Shown here: in pieces, positions 17,289 to 25,690 of the stretch
How positions within the stretch are numbered: the stretch's first letter is position 1
How the letters are laid out: every line of letters starts with the position of its first letter
NCBI GenBank assembly: GCA_039798445.1
Contig: JBDKFZ010000005.1
Location: 1-49,496 of the forward strand
DNA: 49,496 bases
Direction: 5' to 3'
Origin: Candidatus Parcubacteria bacterium
Lineage (GTDB): Bacteria; Patescibacteriota; Minisyncoccia; Phycocordibacterales; EsbW-18
Position numbers and translations under genes: made by a program
Notes under the pieces: generated by a model
Databases searched by the model: none
What the model saw: the letters and a program-made list of their open reading frames with translations, nothing else
Told to the model about the DNA's origin: nothing

Positions 17289-20015
17289 ATGGAACGCTTT
17301 TCAGTCACCCCTGAAGCACAGCTGCGCACACCACAGGAAGAACTTACCTTTTTGCGTGAGCGGCTCAAGACGCTCGAGAATGACCTCATCGAGAAACAAG
17401 AATCACACGAGCATGTCGTTCATGAGGTCGTTAAGACCTACGCACAGCATGAGCCGAACAAAGTGCTCGCAAAAGGTCATGAGATGCTCAAGACAGAAGT
17501 CGACGCGATTGTGCTCGATCTCGTGCCAGAAGCACACGATGCTCAAATGGCAGAGCTTCTCGCGATTCTCCAAGAACGTGGCGTGAAGAACGCGCTTTCT
17601 GTTGTCGAAAAGCTTGGTGATCTCCATATCCAAGACGACTTCCATCGTTTTCTTGCCGAATACATCAAGGCCGGTTATCGCGCACAGGGAATCAAAGAAC
17701 AGGGCCCGCTCTGGAAGGCTCTCACGATGACGCTTTTCGAAGTGTCACTGCCGTTCTCTGATAAAGATGCAAGGGAGCGTCCGCTCAAAGAGATGCTCTC
17801 ATCGATGGAACAGCTCTATGCTGGTTTGGGTTCCATCGCTTCAGGATCAGATCCAGATGTGTTCACATTCGAGATCGCTGTCTCAGGAACGGGGGAGCAG
17901 GCGACGGTTTACTGTGCTGTGCCGACCGCGAAGCGAGAGCTTTTTGAGAGGCAGCTTCTCTCGGTTTTTCCACGAGCACATCTGCTTGAGACCAAGAACG
18001 ACTACAACATCTTTTCATCAAAGGAGGGAGGAACCGCAGCGTCGGTAGCTAAGTTCACTCGCGAGAGCGCGTTTCCCATTAAGACATACGATCAGTTTGA
18101 TTTCGATCCGATGAACATCACGCTCTCGGCATTCGCAAAGCTCGCACATACCGGCGAAGGCGCTGCCTTGCAGCTTATCGTTCGACCGGTAGGCGACAGT
18201 TATGTTAAACGATATGGAAAGGCAATCGACAAGCTCCGCAAAGGCGAGAAGGCCAAAGAAGTGCTCGCCGACGAGTCGATTGTCAAAGAACTCGCTGTTG
18301 GTCTCAAGGATTTTTTCATAACAAAAAAGAAAGACGATAAACCTCAAGAGAAAATCGTCGATGAGCGCGCGGTCGAGGCTGTGACGACGAAGATCGCGCA
18401 ACCAATCGTCGAGACGAACCTCCGTCTTGTCGTCTCGGCTGACACACAGGCGCGTGCCGAGGTCATCCTCGATAACCTCGAAGCGACGTTCAATCAATTT
18501 GAGCTCTCAACTGGCAACGGCTTTTCATTTAAACGGATGAAGAAGGGGGGCTTGAGCGGATTCGTCAAAAACTATACCTTCCGTCTCTTTGAGTCTGGGG
18601 AGACCTTGCCGATGAACCTCCGTGAGCTTTCGACAATCTTCCATCTGCCGTCGGGCAACGTTGACTCATCGCGCGAACTCAAACGCGCCAAGTCCATGAG
18701 TGTTCCAGCGCCTGTCGGCTTGCCAACCGACGGTGTTTTGTTGGGTATGAACATTCATGGCAACGTACAAACGCCTATTCACATGACGGATGGCGATCGT
18801 TTGCGCCACTTTTACTGCGTTGGACAAACCGGTGTCGGAAAGACAACAATCCTCAAGCAGATGATTATCCAAGACATCAAAAATGGAGATGGTGTCTGTA
18901 TGATCGACCCACACGGGTCCGACCTCATGGAGGTGCTCGCTAACATTCCACCCGAGCGCGCGGACGACGTCATTTACTTTGATCCCGCATACACCGACCG
19001 ACCGATGGGTCTCAACATGCTTGAGTATGATGTGACCAAACCTGAGCAGAAGACGTTTATCGTCAACGAACTCTTCAGCATCTTCCAAAAGCTGTATGGT
19101 GCGAACCCTGAGAGCATGGGCCCAATGTTCGAGCAATATTTCCGTAACTCAACAATGCTCGTCATTGAAGACCCAGAGACCGGCAACACACTTTCGGACG
19201 TTGGTCGTGTGATGACCGACAAAGCCTTTCGTGACCTCAAGCTTTCACGTTGTAAAAACCCTATCGTTGTGCAGTTTTGGCGTGAGGTTGCCGAAAAGGC
19301 CGGGGGAGATGCGGCACTCGCAAACATCGTTCCGTACATTACCTCGAAGTTTGACGTGTTCTTGGCCAACGACATCATGCGGCCAATCATCACTCAAAAG
19401 AAATCTGCGTTCGATTTCCGCGACATCATGGACAACCGCAAGATTCTTTTGGTAAATCTCTCAAAGGGCCGTCTTGGTGAGATTAATGCGAGCCTTATTG
19501 GTCTCATCATTGTCGGTAAGATTCTCATGGCGGCCTTGTCGCGTGTCGGGATGTCCTCGGATGACATGCATCCGTTCTATCTCTACATTGATGAGTTCCA
19601 GAACATCAGTACTGATTCAGTTGCACAAATTTTGTCTGAGGCGCGTAAGTACAAGCTGAGTCTCAATATGTTCCATCAGTACATCAAGCAGTTGAGCGAC
19701 ACCATAAAAGATGCTGTGTTCGGCAACGTGGGAACGATGTGCGCATATCGTGTTGGTTTTGAAGACGCCGAATTTCTCGAAAAGCAGTTTAGCCCCGCCG
19801 TTTCGGCATATGACCTCATGAACGTCGACAACTTTAATGCCTTTATCAAAATGCTTGTGCGCAACAAAGCCGAGCGACCGTTCTCAATCTATGTTCCCAA
19901 ACCAGACGCTGGGGATCCGATGATGATTGAAAAATTGAAAGAGCTGTCCTATCTCAAATTTGGCAAGCCTCGCGAGGAGATTGAAGAAGAACTCCGAAAG
20001 ACATACGGAATGTAG
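17289..20015 (+). CDS. VirD4/TrwB (type IV coupling protein)-like ATPase, CPR-type
   Basis: DRLRHFYCVGQTGVGKT Walker A, IDPHG, LYIDEFQN Walker B, LSEARKY, HQY, FGNVGT. Confidence 0.88.
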   Translation: MERFSVTPEAQLRTPQEELTFLRERLKTLENDLIEKQESHEHVVHEVVKTYAQHEPNKVLAKGHEMLKTEVDAIVLDLVPEAHDAQMAELLAILQERGVKNALSVVEKLGDLHIQDDFHRFLAEYIKAGYRAQGIKEQGPLWKALTMTLFEVSLPFSDKDARERPLKEMLSSMEQLYAGLGSIASGSDPDVFTFEIAVSGTGEQATVYCAVPTAKRELFERQLLSVFPRAHLLETKNDYNIFSSKEGGTAASVAKFTRESAFPIKTYDQFDFDPMNITLSAFAKLAHTGEGAALQLIVRPVGDSYVKRYGKAIDKLRKGEKAKEVLADESIVKELAVGLKDFFITKKKDDKPQEKIVDERAVEAVTTKIAQPIVETNLRLVVSADTQARAEVILDNLEATFNQFELSTGNGFSFKRMKKGGLSGFVKNYTFRLFESGETLPMNLRELSTIFHLPSGNVDSSRELKRAKSMSVPAPVGLPTDGVLLGMNIHGNVQTPIHMTDGDRLRHFYCVGQTGVGKTTILKQMIIQDIKNGDGVCMIDPHGSDLMEVLANIPPERADDVIYFDPAYTDRPMGLNMLEYDVTKPEQKTFIVNELFSIFQKLYGANPESMGPMFEQYFRNSTMLVIEDPETGNTLSDVGRVMTDKAFRDLKLSRCKNPIVVQFWREVAEKAGGDAALANIVPYITSKFDVFLANDIMRPIITQKKSAFDFRDIMDNRKILLVNLSKGRLGEINASLIGLIIVGKILMAALSRVGMSSDDMHPFYLYIDEFQNISTDSVAQILSEARKYKLSLNMFHQYIKQLSDTIKDAVFGNVGTMCAYRVGFEDAEFLEKQFSPAVSAYDLMNVDNFNAFIKMLVRNKAERPFSIYVPKPDAGDPMMIEKLKELSYLKFGKPREEIEEELRKTYGM

Positions 20016-20055
20016 GGGTGGTCGTAATGGGGTTTTTCTGGTACGATGCCTTCGT

Positions 20056-20640
20056 ATGAAAAACCCAAAACAAGAACTCACGTATCTCATGATCAAGCCG
20101 GACGGCGTCCGTAAGGGCCTCATCGGCGAGATTATCCGTCGTCTCGAGCAGCGCGATCTTAAGATTGTTGCCCTTGAGATGTTCCAGCCGACGCTCGAAC
20201 AGATTGATGAACATTATCCAAAGGACGAGACGTGGATTGCACGCCTCGGTCAGAAGACCTTTAAGACGTGTGAGAAGTACAATGTCAGCCCTAAGGATGA
20301 ATTTGGTACTGACAATGAGCTCGAAATGGGGAAGATGGTCCGCGAATGGCTCGTTGGGTACATGGTTTCTGCACCACTCGTCAAAATGATCGTTCAGGGC
20401 ACCCACGCAGTCGACATGGTTCGCAAAATCGTTGGCCCCACCCTTCCAAATATGGCCGAGATGGGAACGATTCGTGGTGACTTCTCAGTAGACTCTCCAC
20501 TTATCGCAAATGCTGAGCACCGTGCGGTTATGAACCTTGCTCACGCTTCAGAAACACCCGAAGAAGCGGCGCACGAGATTGAACACTGGTTCGGTAAGGA
20601 TGCAGTTCACGTATACAAGCGCTTTGGTGTTGATGAGTAA
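20056..20640 (+). CDS. ndk: Nucleoside-diphosphate kinase
   Basis: MIKPDGV, GEIIRR, GTIRGDF, NLAHASE catalytic His. Confidence 0.96.
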   Translation: MKNPKQELTYLMIKPDGVRKGLIGEIIRRLEQRDLKIVALEMFQPTLEQIDEHYPKDETWIARLGQKTFKTCEKYNVSPKDEFGTDNELEMGKMVREWLVGYMVSAPLVKMIVQGTHAVDMVRKIVGPTLPNMAEMGTIRGDFSVDSPLIANAEHRAVMNLAHASETPEEAAHEIEHWFGKDAVHVYKRFGVDE

Positions 20641-20667
20641 GGCTTTTTAGCTCCAAACACATGGCGC

Positions 20668-20795
20668 AGAGCGGAGTGGATCCGGGTTTTTCCGAGCTTG
20701 CGAGGACAAAACACGGACCACGCAGCGAAAGTCATACCAAGATTCCTTTAAAACAAACGATTTCTTGATTCAACGAGCTTGTCGCGAAATAGAAT
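20668..20795. repeat. Two imperfect palindromes with CGAGCTTG-type loops (REP-like)
   Basis: Long interrupted stem 20676-20722 with loop GAGCTTGCGA; second weaker hairpin with CGAGCTTGTCG near 20774. Confidence 0.45.
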
Positions 20796-20796
20796 C

Positions 20797-20829
20797 CAAA
20801 AAAGCCTCCACACATCGGAGGTTTTTTTG
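20797..20829 (+). terminator. Intrinsic terminator downstream of ndk
   Basis: AAAAAAGCCTCC...GGAGGTTTTTTT. Confidence 0.75.
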
Positions 20830-20910
20830 ATGCCGGTTTACATTTTATCTCGTACGTATCGTGGAGAGGCACTTTTCTTGAATTGTTTTGTGCAAGGTCT
20901 ACCATTGTGG

Positions 20911-21042
20911 CAGGGTCGTCTCGGGCAATATCTAGATCAAATAGATTTCTCCGGGAATCCGAATTGCCCGTCCTCCGTGGAGGATAAGCTGAGGATACCC
21001 ACCTAGCTCACGCTAGGTATCACGTCTGAGATGACCCCACCA
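20911..21042 (+). ncRNA. ssrS: Probable 6S RNA (short, ~130 nt)
   Basis: Own promoter TTGAAT(20878)-16-TACCAT(20900) and terminator 21045-21069. Rod fold: 20913-20926/21024-21037, 20928-20935/21013-21020, central bubble, 20953-20960/20993-21000, apical hairpin 20971-20984. Confidence 0.6.
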
Positions 21043-21085
21043 AAGAACCCCGCCTCGGCGGGATTTTTTGTTATACTAATGGCAC

Positions 21086-21496
21086 ATGCGGACTGCAACG
21101 ACTCGAGCACTCATAGGCCTCCTCATTCTCTCAGGGGTCGTTTTTATTTTGAACAAAGTGGCGCTTGTCCATTTTTTCTACTGGCGATTCTGGTGGTATG
21201 ACATCATGATGCATTTCACTGGCGGTATCTTGATCGGTGGACTCATCTTGTGGGGGATTCTTCGAGCGCGTCCAAACATATCGCGCGGTAGTCTCTTTTT
21301 GATGCTGGTCATCGGCACTATTATTGTGGGAATGGGATGGGAAGTTATGGAATATACGGGCGGTATTACAAATGGCGAAGCAGGATATGCCTTTGATACG
21401 GTCAAAGATCTCATCAACGACACACTCGGTGGCCTTCTTGCGTGGAGCATCTACATGCTCGCTACTCGCCCCACTCCCCCAAAAGAAATTGTATGA
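21086..21496 (+). CDS. Four-TM membrane protein (VanZ/DUF2238-like)
   Basis: WYDxxMHFxGG, WExxE, DTxxDL motifs. Confidence 0.75.
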   Translation: MRTATTRALIGLLILSGVVFILNKVALVHFFYWRFWWYDIMMHFTGGILIGGLILWGILRARPNISRGSLFLMLVIGTIIVGMGWEVMEYTGGITNGEAGYAFDTVKDLINDTLGGLLAWSIYMLATRPTPPKEIV

Positions 21497-22860
21497 ATCC
21501 AAAACCTGCACAACTGACATTTTGCGGTGGCGTTGGCTCGGTAACGGGCGCAAATTTTCTCCTCACGACCGAGGCAGGGAAGGTGCTCGTCGATTGCGGT
21601 ATGTTCCAAGGTCATCGGATGTGCAGTGATGATAATTACGCGAAGTTCCCGTATGAGCCAAGCGAAATGAATGCGCTCATCGTGACGCACGCGCACATCG
21701 ACCACATCGGGCGCATTCCCAAACTCGTCAAAGATGGATTTACGGGAAAAATCTACTCAACACTCCAGACCAAAGATCTCGCTCGTATCATGCTCGAGGA
21801 CGCCGCTCACTTGGTCGTCGAAGAAGCGCGCATTTGCAAGACAACGCCCCCATATACCGAGGCGGACCTCGCTCACGTGTTTGATAACTGGGAAACGATG
21901 CTATACCACACCCCGTTCCCTGTGGGTGACCTGATGGTTACTTTCCGCGATGCGGGTCATATCCTCGGTTCTGCTCTTGTTGAATGCGTTCACCCTGTGT
22001 CAGGCAAAATTGTGTTCACGGGCGACCTTGGCAATTCGCCAACACTTCTTCTTCGCGATACGGAAGTCATCGATGATGCCAAGTATATGGTCATTGAGAG
22101 CGTCTACGGTGACCGTGTGCACGAAGAAACAGGGGATAGGAGTCGTATCCTCGAAACCGCCATCGAAGGCATCATTCAGCGCAAAGGGACCCTTCTCATC
22201 CCAGCCTTCTCCATTGAACGCACCCAGCTCATCCTGTATGAGATCAACAATCTCGTCGAACAGCACCGTATTCCTGCGATTCCCGTCTTTCTTGATTCAC
22301 CGCTTGCGATTCGTGTGACAGATATCTACAAAAATGCGACAGCGCTTTTTAACGAAGAGACCAAGAAAGCTATCGATGCGGGAGACGATGTCTTTTCATT
22401 CGATAAACTCACATTCGTAACATCTGGTCGCGACTCGCGTTCGCTCGTCGCTGTCGAAGGTCCCAAGATTATCATCGCTGGGTCAGGTATGTCACACGGT
22501 GGACGTATCATTCACCATGAACGCATCTATTTGGGCGATGCTAAGAACACATTGCTCATTGTTGGATACCAATCACCGGGGTCTATTGGCCGTCAGCTTC
22601 AAGAAGGTGCCAAAGAAATCACGATTGGCCAAGAGCGTATTTCGGTTGCCGCAAATATTGAGACGATTCATGGCTTCTCGGGTCACCGTGATGTAAACGG
22701 TCTCATCGAATTTATCAGCGGAGCAGCAGGATCGCTCACGCGTCTCTTTGTAACGATGGGGGAGCAGAAGGCTTCACAGTATCTTGCACAACGCGCACGC
22801 GATTATCTTGGTGTTGATGCTGTTTGTCCTCAACTCGGGGATACTGTCGAGTTGCTCTAG
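21493..22860 (+). CDS. MBL-fold beta-CASP ribonuclease
   Basis: VDCGMFQG, THAHIDHIG, DAGHILGS, ESVYG, GSGM..GGRI, FSGH. Confidence 0.93.
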   Translation: MNPKPAQLTFCGGVGSVTGANFLLTTEAGKVLVDCGMFQGHRMCSDDNYAKFPYEPSEMNALIVTHAHIDHIGRIPKLVKDGFTGKIYSTLQTKDLARIMLEDAAHLVVEEARICKTTPPYTEADLAHVFDNWETMLYHTPFPVGDLMVTFRDAGHILGSALVECVHPVSGKIVFTGDLGNSPTLLLRDTEVIDDAKYMVIESVYGDRVHEETGDRSRILETAIEGIIQRKGTLLIPAFSIERTQLILYEINNLVEQHRIPAIPVFLDSPLAIRVTDIYKNATALFNEETKKAIDAGDDVFSFDKLTFVTSGRDSRSLVAVEGPKIIIAGSGMSHGGRIIHHERIYLGDAKNTLLIVGYQSPGSIGRQLQEGAKEITIGQERISVAANIETIHGFSGHRDVNGLIEFISGAAGSLTRLFVTMGEQKASQYLAQRARDYLGVDAVCPQLGDTVELL

Positions 22861-22890
22861 TTCGCGCGTCACGTCATACTGTCTTCAGAC

Positions 22891-23517
22891 ATGACTAATT
22901 CCAACATACCAAAGACCCGACAGATTAAGCTCTGCGTCTCCGGAGCAGCAGAGACGAGCCACTGTGGCCCTCGCGCATACGAAGTTGCTAAGGAGCTCGG
23001 GCGTGAAATCGCTCGCCAAGGTGCGGCTCTTAATACAGGTGCTACAACAGGCTTCCCACTATGGGCGGCAATCGGTGCCAACGAAGCCGGCGGGCAGTCC
23101 ATCGGTTTTTCTCCAGCTGCATCTGAACGCGAACACACCGAAGCGTACCGTCTTCCAATCGACTACATGGACCTCTTGGTCTATACCGGATTCGGTTACT
23201 CGGGCCGCGATCTCATCCTTACTCACTCATCCGACGCGGTTCTCTTTGGTTGTGGACGCATCGGTACAATTCACGAATTCACGATCGCATTTGAAGACAA
23301 CAAACCCATCGGCATCCTCCAGGGGGAGTGGACGATGGACGAGACGCTCAAGACTATCCTCGAACGCAGCAATCGCTCATACAACAAGGTTGTTTTTGAT
23401 ACCAACCCACACGACTTGGTCGCCAAAGTAATCGAGCTCGTCAAAAAGGATCAGGTCGAGAATCGTATGACCTACAGCGCCCGACCAAATGACGAAGATG
23501 GTGCTGTGCACGGATAG
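22891..23517 (+). CDS. SLOG/LOG-family nucleotide-binding protein
   Basis: TGATTGFP, SIGFSP, YTGFGYSGRD, GRIGTIHEF. Confidence 0.8.
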   Translation: MTNSNIPKTRQIKLCVSGAAETSHCGPRAYEVAKELGREIARQGAALNTGATTGFPLWAAIGANEAGGQSIGFSPAASEREHTEAYRLPIDYMDLLVYTGFGYSGRDLILTHSSDAVLFGCGRIGTIHEFTIAFEDNKPIGILQGEWTMDETLKTILERSNRSYNKVVFDTNPHDLVAKVIELVKKDQVENRMTYSARPNDEDGAVHG

Positions 23518-23871
23518 ATGTCTATGAAAAAATCACGCAAACTGAATATCATCGCGACAGTGGTCCTTTTGTTGCCGGTTTTTCTCGTGCTCTACGTTCG
23601 CCTTGCGGATATGGGTATCGGAGGCTTTGCGTTTGTGCCGATAATCATCGTTCTTCTGCCGGTCAGCTTTTTGCTTGCCTTCGTATTTTATTTCTTAGCT
23701 GCGCGGGCGCATCACAAAGAGATGATTTCTCAGCCAGCAGTGACCGCCACAGGACTACGTCAACACATCAACCCCATGCTTGCTGTCGGTATCATTTTCG
23801 TTGTGGCTTGCGCTTCGTGCGGATACTTCATATTTAGCCCGCTCATGTTTCTCTTTTCCAATATCTTTTAA
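23518..23871 (+). CDS. Three-TM hypothetical membrane protein
   Basis: Hydrophobic segments; abuts previous stop; ends at bidirectional terminator. Confidence 0.7.
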   Translation: MSMKKSRKLNIIATVVLLLPVFLVLYVRLADMGIGGFAFVPIIIVLLPVSFLLAFVFYFLAARAHHKEMISQPAVTATGLRQHINPMLAVGIIFVVACASCGYFIFSPLMFLFSNIF

Positions 23872-23882
23872 CTGACCACAAC

Positions 23883-23918
23883 AAAAAACCTCCCGATATT
23901 CTCGGGAGTTTTTCTTTT
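23883..23918. terminator. Bidirectional terminator
   Basis: AAAAAACCTCCCGA-TATTC-TCGGGAGTTTTT between convergent genes. Confidence 0.8.
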
Positions 23919-23920
23919 GC

Positions 23921-24268
23921 TTACTTCGTGACTTCTTTGACGATTCGTTCGAAGACTGCTGGGTATTGGTGAGCAATCTCTGAAAGGACTTTGCGGTTCA
24001 AGAGAACGTTCTTCTTTTTGAGGAGACCCATGAACTTGCTGTACGAGAGGTCGTATTTCTTGAGACCTGCTGTCATGCGGACCTGCCAGAGCTGGCGGAA
24101 GTCTGCCTTCTTGTCGCGGCGGTGTGCAAAGGCGTGGAGGCCGGCCTTCACCAAGTTTTCCTTGGCGAGCTTCTCCTTACTCTTGCGGGTGTTACGGAAG
24201 CCCTTCGCTGCGCGAAGGACATTCTTACGTCGCTTGAGTGATGTTGTTCCTCGTTTAACTCGTGTCAT
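23921..24268 (-). CDS. rplT: 50S ribosomal protein L20
   Basis: MTRVKRG, AKGF, FRQLW, LNRKVLSEIA. Confidence 0.98.
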   Translation of the reverse strand: MTRVKRGTTSLKRRKNVLRAAKGFRNTRKSKEKLAKENLVKAGLHAFAHRRDKKADFRQLWQVRMTAGLKKYDLSYSKFMGLLKKKNVLLNRKVLSEIAHQYPAVFERIVKEVTK

Positions 24269-24292
24269 AGGTCGTTGCTAACTGTTAGTGAT

Positions 24293-24499
24293 TTAAGAAG
24301 TCTTCTTTTTCTTGGCTGCTCCTGGGAGGAAGCGACCGCGGTCTTTCGCGCTCATCTGCATCGGCTTGTTCGACTTGCGGTTAAGCTGGGTCGAGCGTGA
24401 TTCCTTGGCGTTGTAGTGGTTTCCGCCTGACTTGCGTCGAAGAATCTTGCCGTTCTTGGTGACACGGAGACGCTTGGTGAATGATTTGTTGCTTTTCAT
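24293..24499 (-). CDS. rpmI: 50S ribosomal protein L35
   Basis: KSNKSFTKRLRVTKNGK; infC-rpmI-rplT synteny. Confidence 0.93.
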   Translation of the reverse strand: MKSNKSFTKRLRVTKNGKILRRKSGGNHYNAKESRSTQLNRKSNKPMQMSAKDRGRFLPGAAKKKKTS

Positions 24500-24514
24500 A
24501 TGTATAGGTTGATT

Positions 24515-25039
24515 CTATTTTCCTTTTTCGATCACCAACGTCATGCCCTTCGGTCCGCTCGACGGTGGCTCAGCCACCTTATACTCGACGGTCAGGAGCT
24601 TGAGGAATCGTTCCATGCGCTCCTTGAGGAAGTCCTTGTCGAGATACTTTGCTCGTCCCTGAAGGTACAGACCGAATTTGACGCGGTGGCCTTCGGTAAG
24701 CCACTCTGACGCCTGCTTCGCTTTGATCATAAGGCTCTGCTCGCTCGTACCGATGCGCATCTGGAGGGCTTTGGTCTCCGTCGCGTGCGATTTTGCCTTA
24801 TGCTCCTGCTGTTTCTTCTTCTGTTCGTACTGGTATTTGCCGTACTCCATGATCTTTGCGATCGGAGGAACGACACCCGGTGATACCTCGATAAGGTCGA
24901 GTCCCGCATCGCGAGCCGCCTGAAGGGCGTCTGCGCGTGAGAGAACGCCGAGGTTCGCCCCATCCGAGCCAATCACGCGCACTTCAGGTGCTGAGATGTA
25001 CTCGTTGATGCGTACTCGTTGCGTTGTTTCTCTACTCAC
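24515..25039 (-). CDS. infC: Translation initiation factor IF-3
   Basis: RINEYISAPEVRVI, GLDLIEV, PPIAKIMEYGKYQYE; apparent GTG start. Confidence 0.96.
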   Translation of the reverse strand: MSRETTQRVRINEYISAPEVRVIGSDGANLGVLSRADALQAARDAGLDLIEVSPGVVPPIAKIMEYGKYQYEQKKKQQEHKAKSHATETKALQMRIGTSEQSLMIKAKQASEWLTEGHRVKFGLYLQGRAKYLDKDFLKERMERFLKLLTVEYKVAEPPSSGPKGMTLVIEKGK

Positions 25040-25147
25040 GTGGTATCTAAAGAAGTTATAAACAGCCTAAGGGAACAGGGCCAAATGTACCATGTTGTTG
25101 CCTTGAAGGCAAGGATTTAGGCCGTGGTTCGGGCAGGGGCGAGGGAT

Positions 25148-25681
25148 TCAGCTCAAAACCAGCCTTATGATCTCCTTTGCGATATCAAGGGGTGTTTTGT
25201 CATCCGTATCCACGATTCTGCAGGAGTGTTTTTTGAAGAGGTTCCTGACGAGGGGAGCATCCGCCACCATTTTATCGATGAATTCAGATACGGGCTTTCC
25301 AGAGGCTCGTTCTATCTCGGCGATGCTCTGAGGGGTCGTGTGCCGCCCCATGAGGCGCGAACGGAGGGTGTCATCTGATGCGTCGAGCATGATGGGGCAG
25401 ACCTCGAGATCTCCCTTCAGTCCGACTTCCGCTAAGCCTTCGGGCTGCGCGAAACCACAGATGATTGTGGAGATGCCTTTTGCCGCATTCTCGTTCCCGA
25501 CGTCAATCCAATGTCGCATTTCTTTGTCATGCCATGCTTTGCCTCCACCATCAGGAACACCCCGCTCATCAAGGTCGTGAACATTGTATAAATTGGCGGG
25601 AAGGAGTGCTCGCAGGTGGGGGATGAGGGAAGATTTACCGACCCCCGAGACTCCAGAGATGAAATAAATCTTACTCTGCAT
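25148..25681 (-). CDS. P-loop (AAA_18/33-like) small-molecule kinase
   Basis: FISGVSGVGKS Walker A, DLDE, LRSRLxxR lid. Confidence 0.8.
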   Translation of the reverse strand: MQSKIYFISGVSGVGKSSLIPHLRALLPANLYNVHDLDERGVPDGGGKAWHDKEMRHWIDVGNENAAKGISTIICGFAQPEGLAEVGLKGDLEVCPIMLDASDDTLRSRLMGRHTTPQSIAEIERASGKPVSEFIDKMVADAPLVRNLFKKHSCRIVDTDDKTPLDIAKEIIRLVLS

Positions 25682-25690
25682 GGCACTCAA

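Noticed and set aside
17289-20015. Conjugative element/ICE
   Set aside because: No relaxase, integrase, VirB genes or att sites; the gene is embedded among housekeeping genes with host-like codon usage.
20779-21006. 75-aa ORF downstream of ndk
   Set aside because: It crosses a terminator and a promoter and overlaps the structured RNA.
20913-21042. tRNA-like ends (GGGTCGT...GACCCCACCA)
   Set aside because: No D-arm, anticodon arm or TTC T-loop; the rod-shaped 6S-like fold explains the pairing better.
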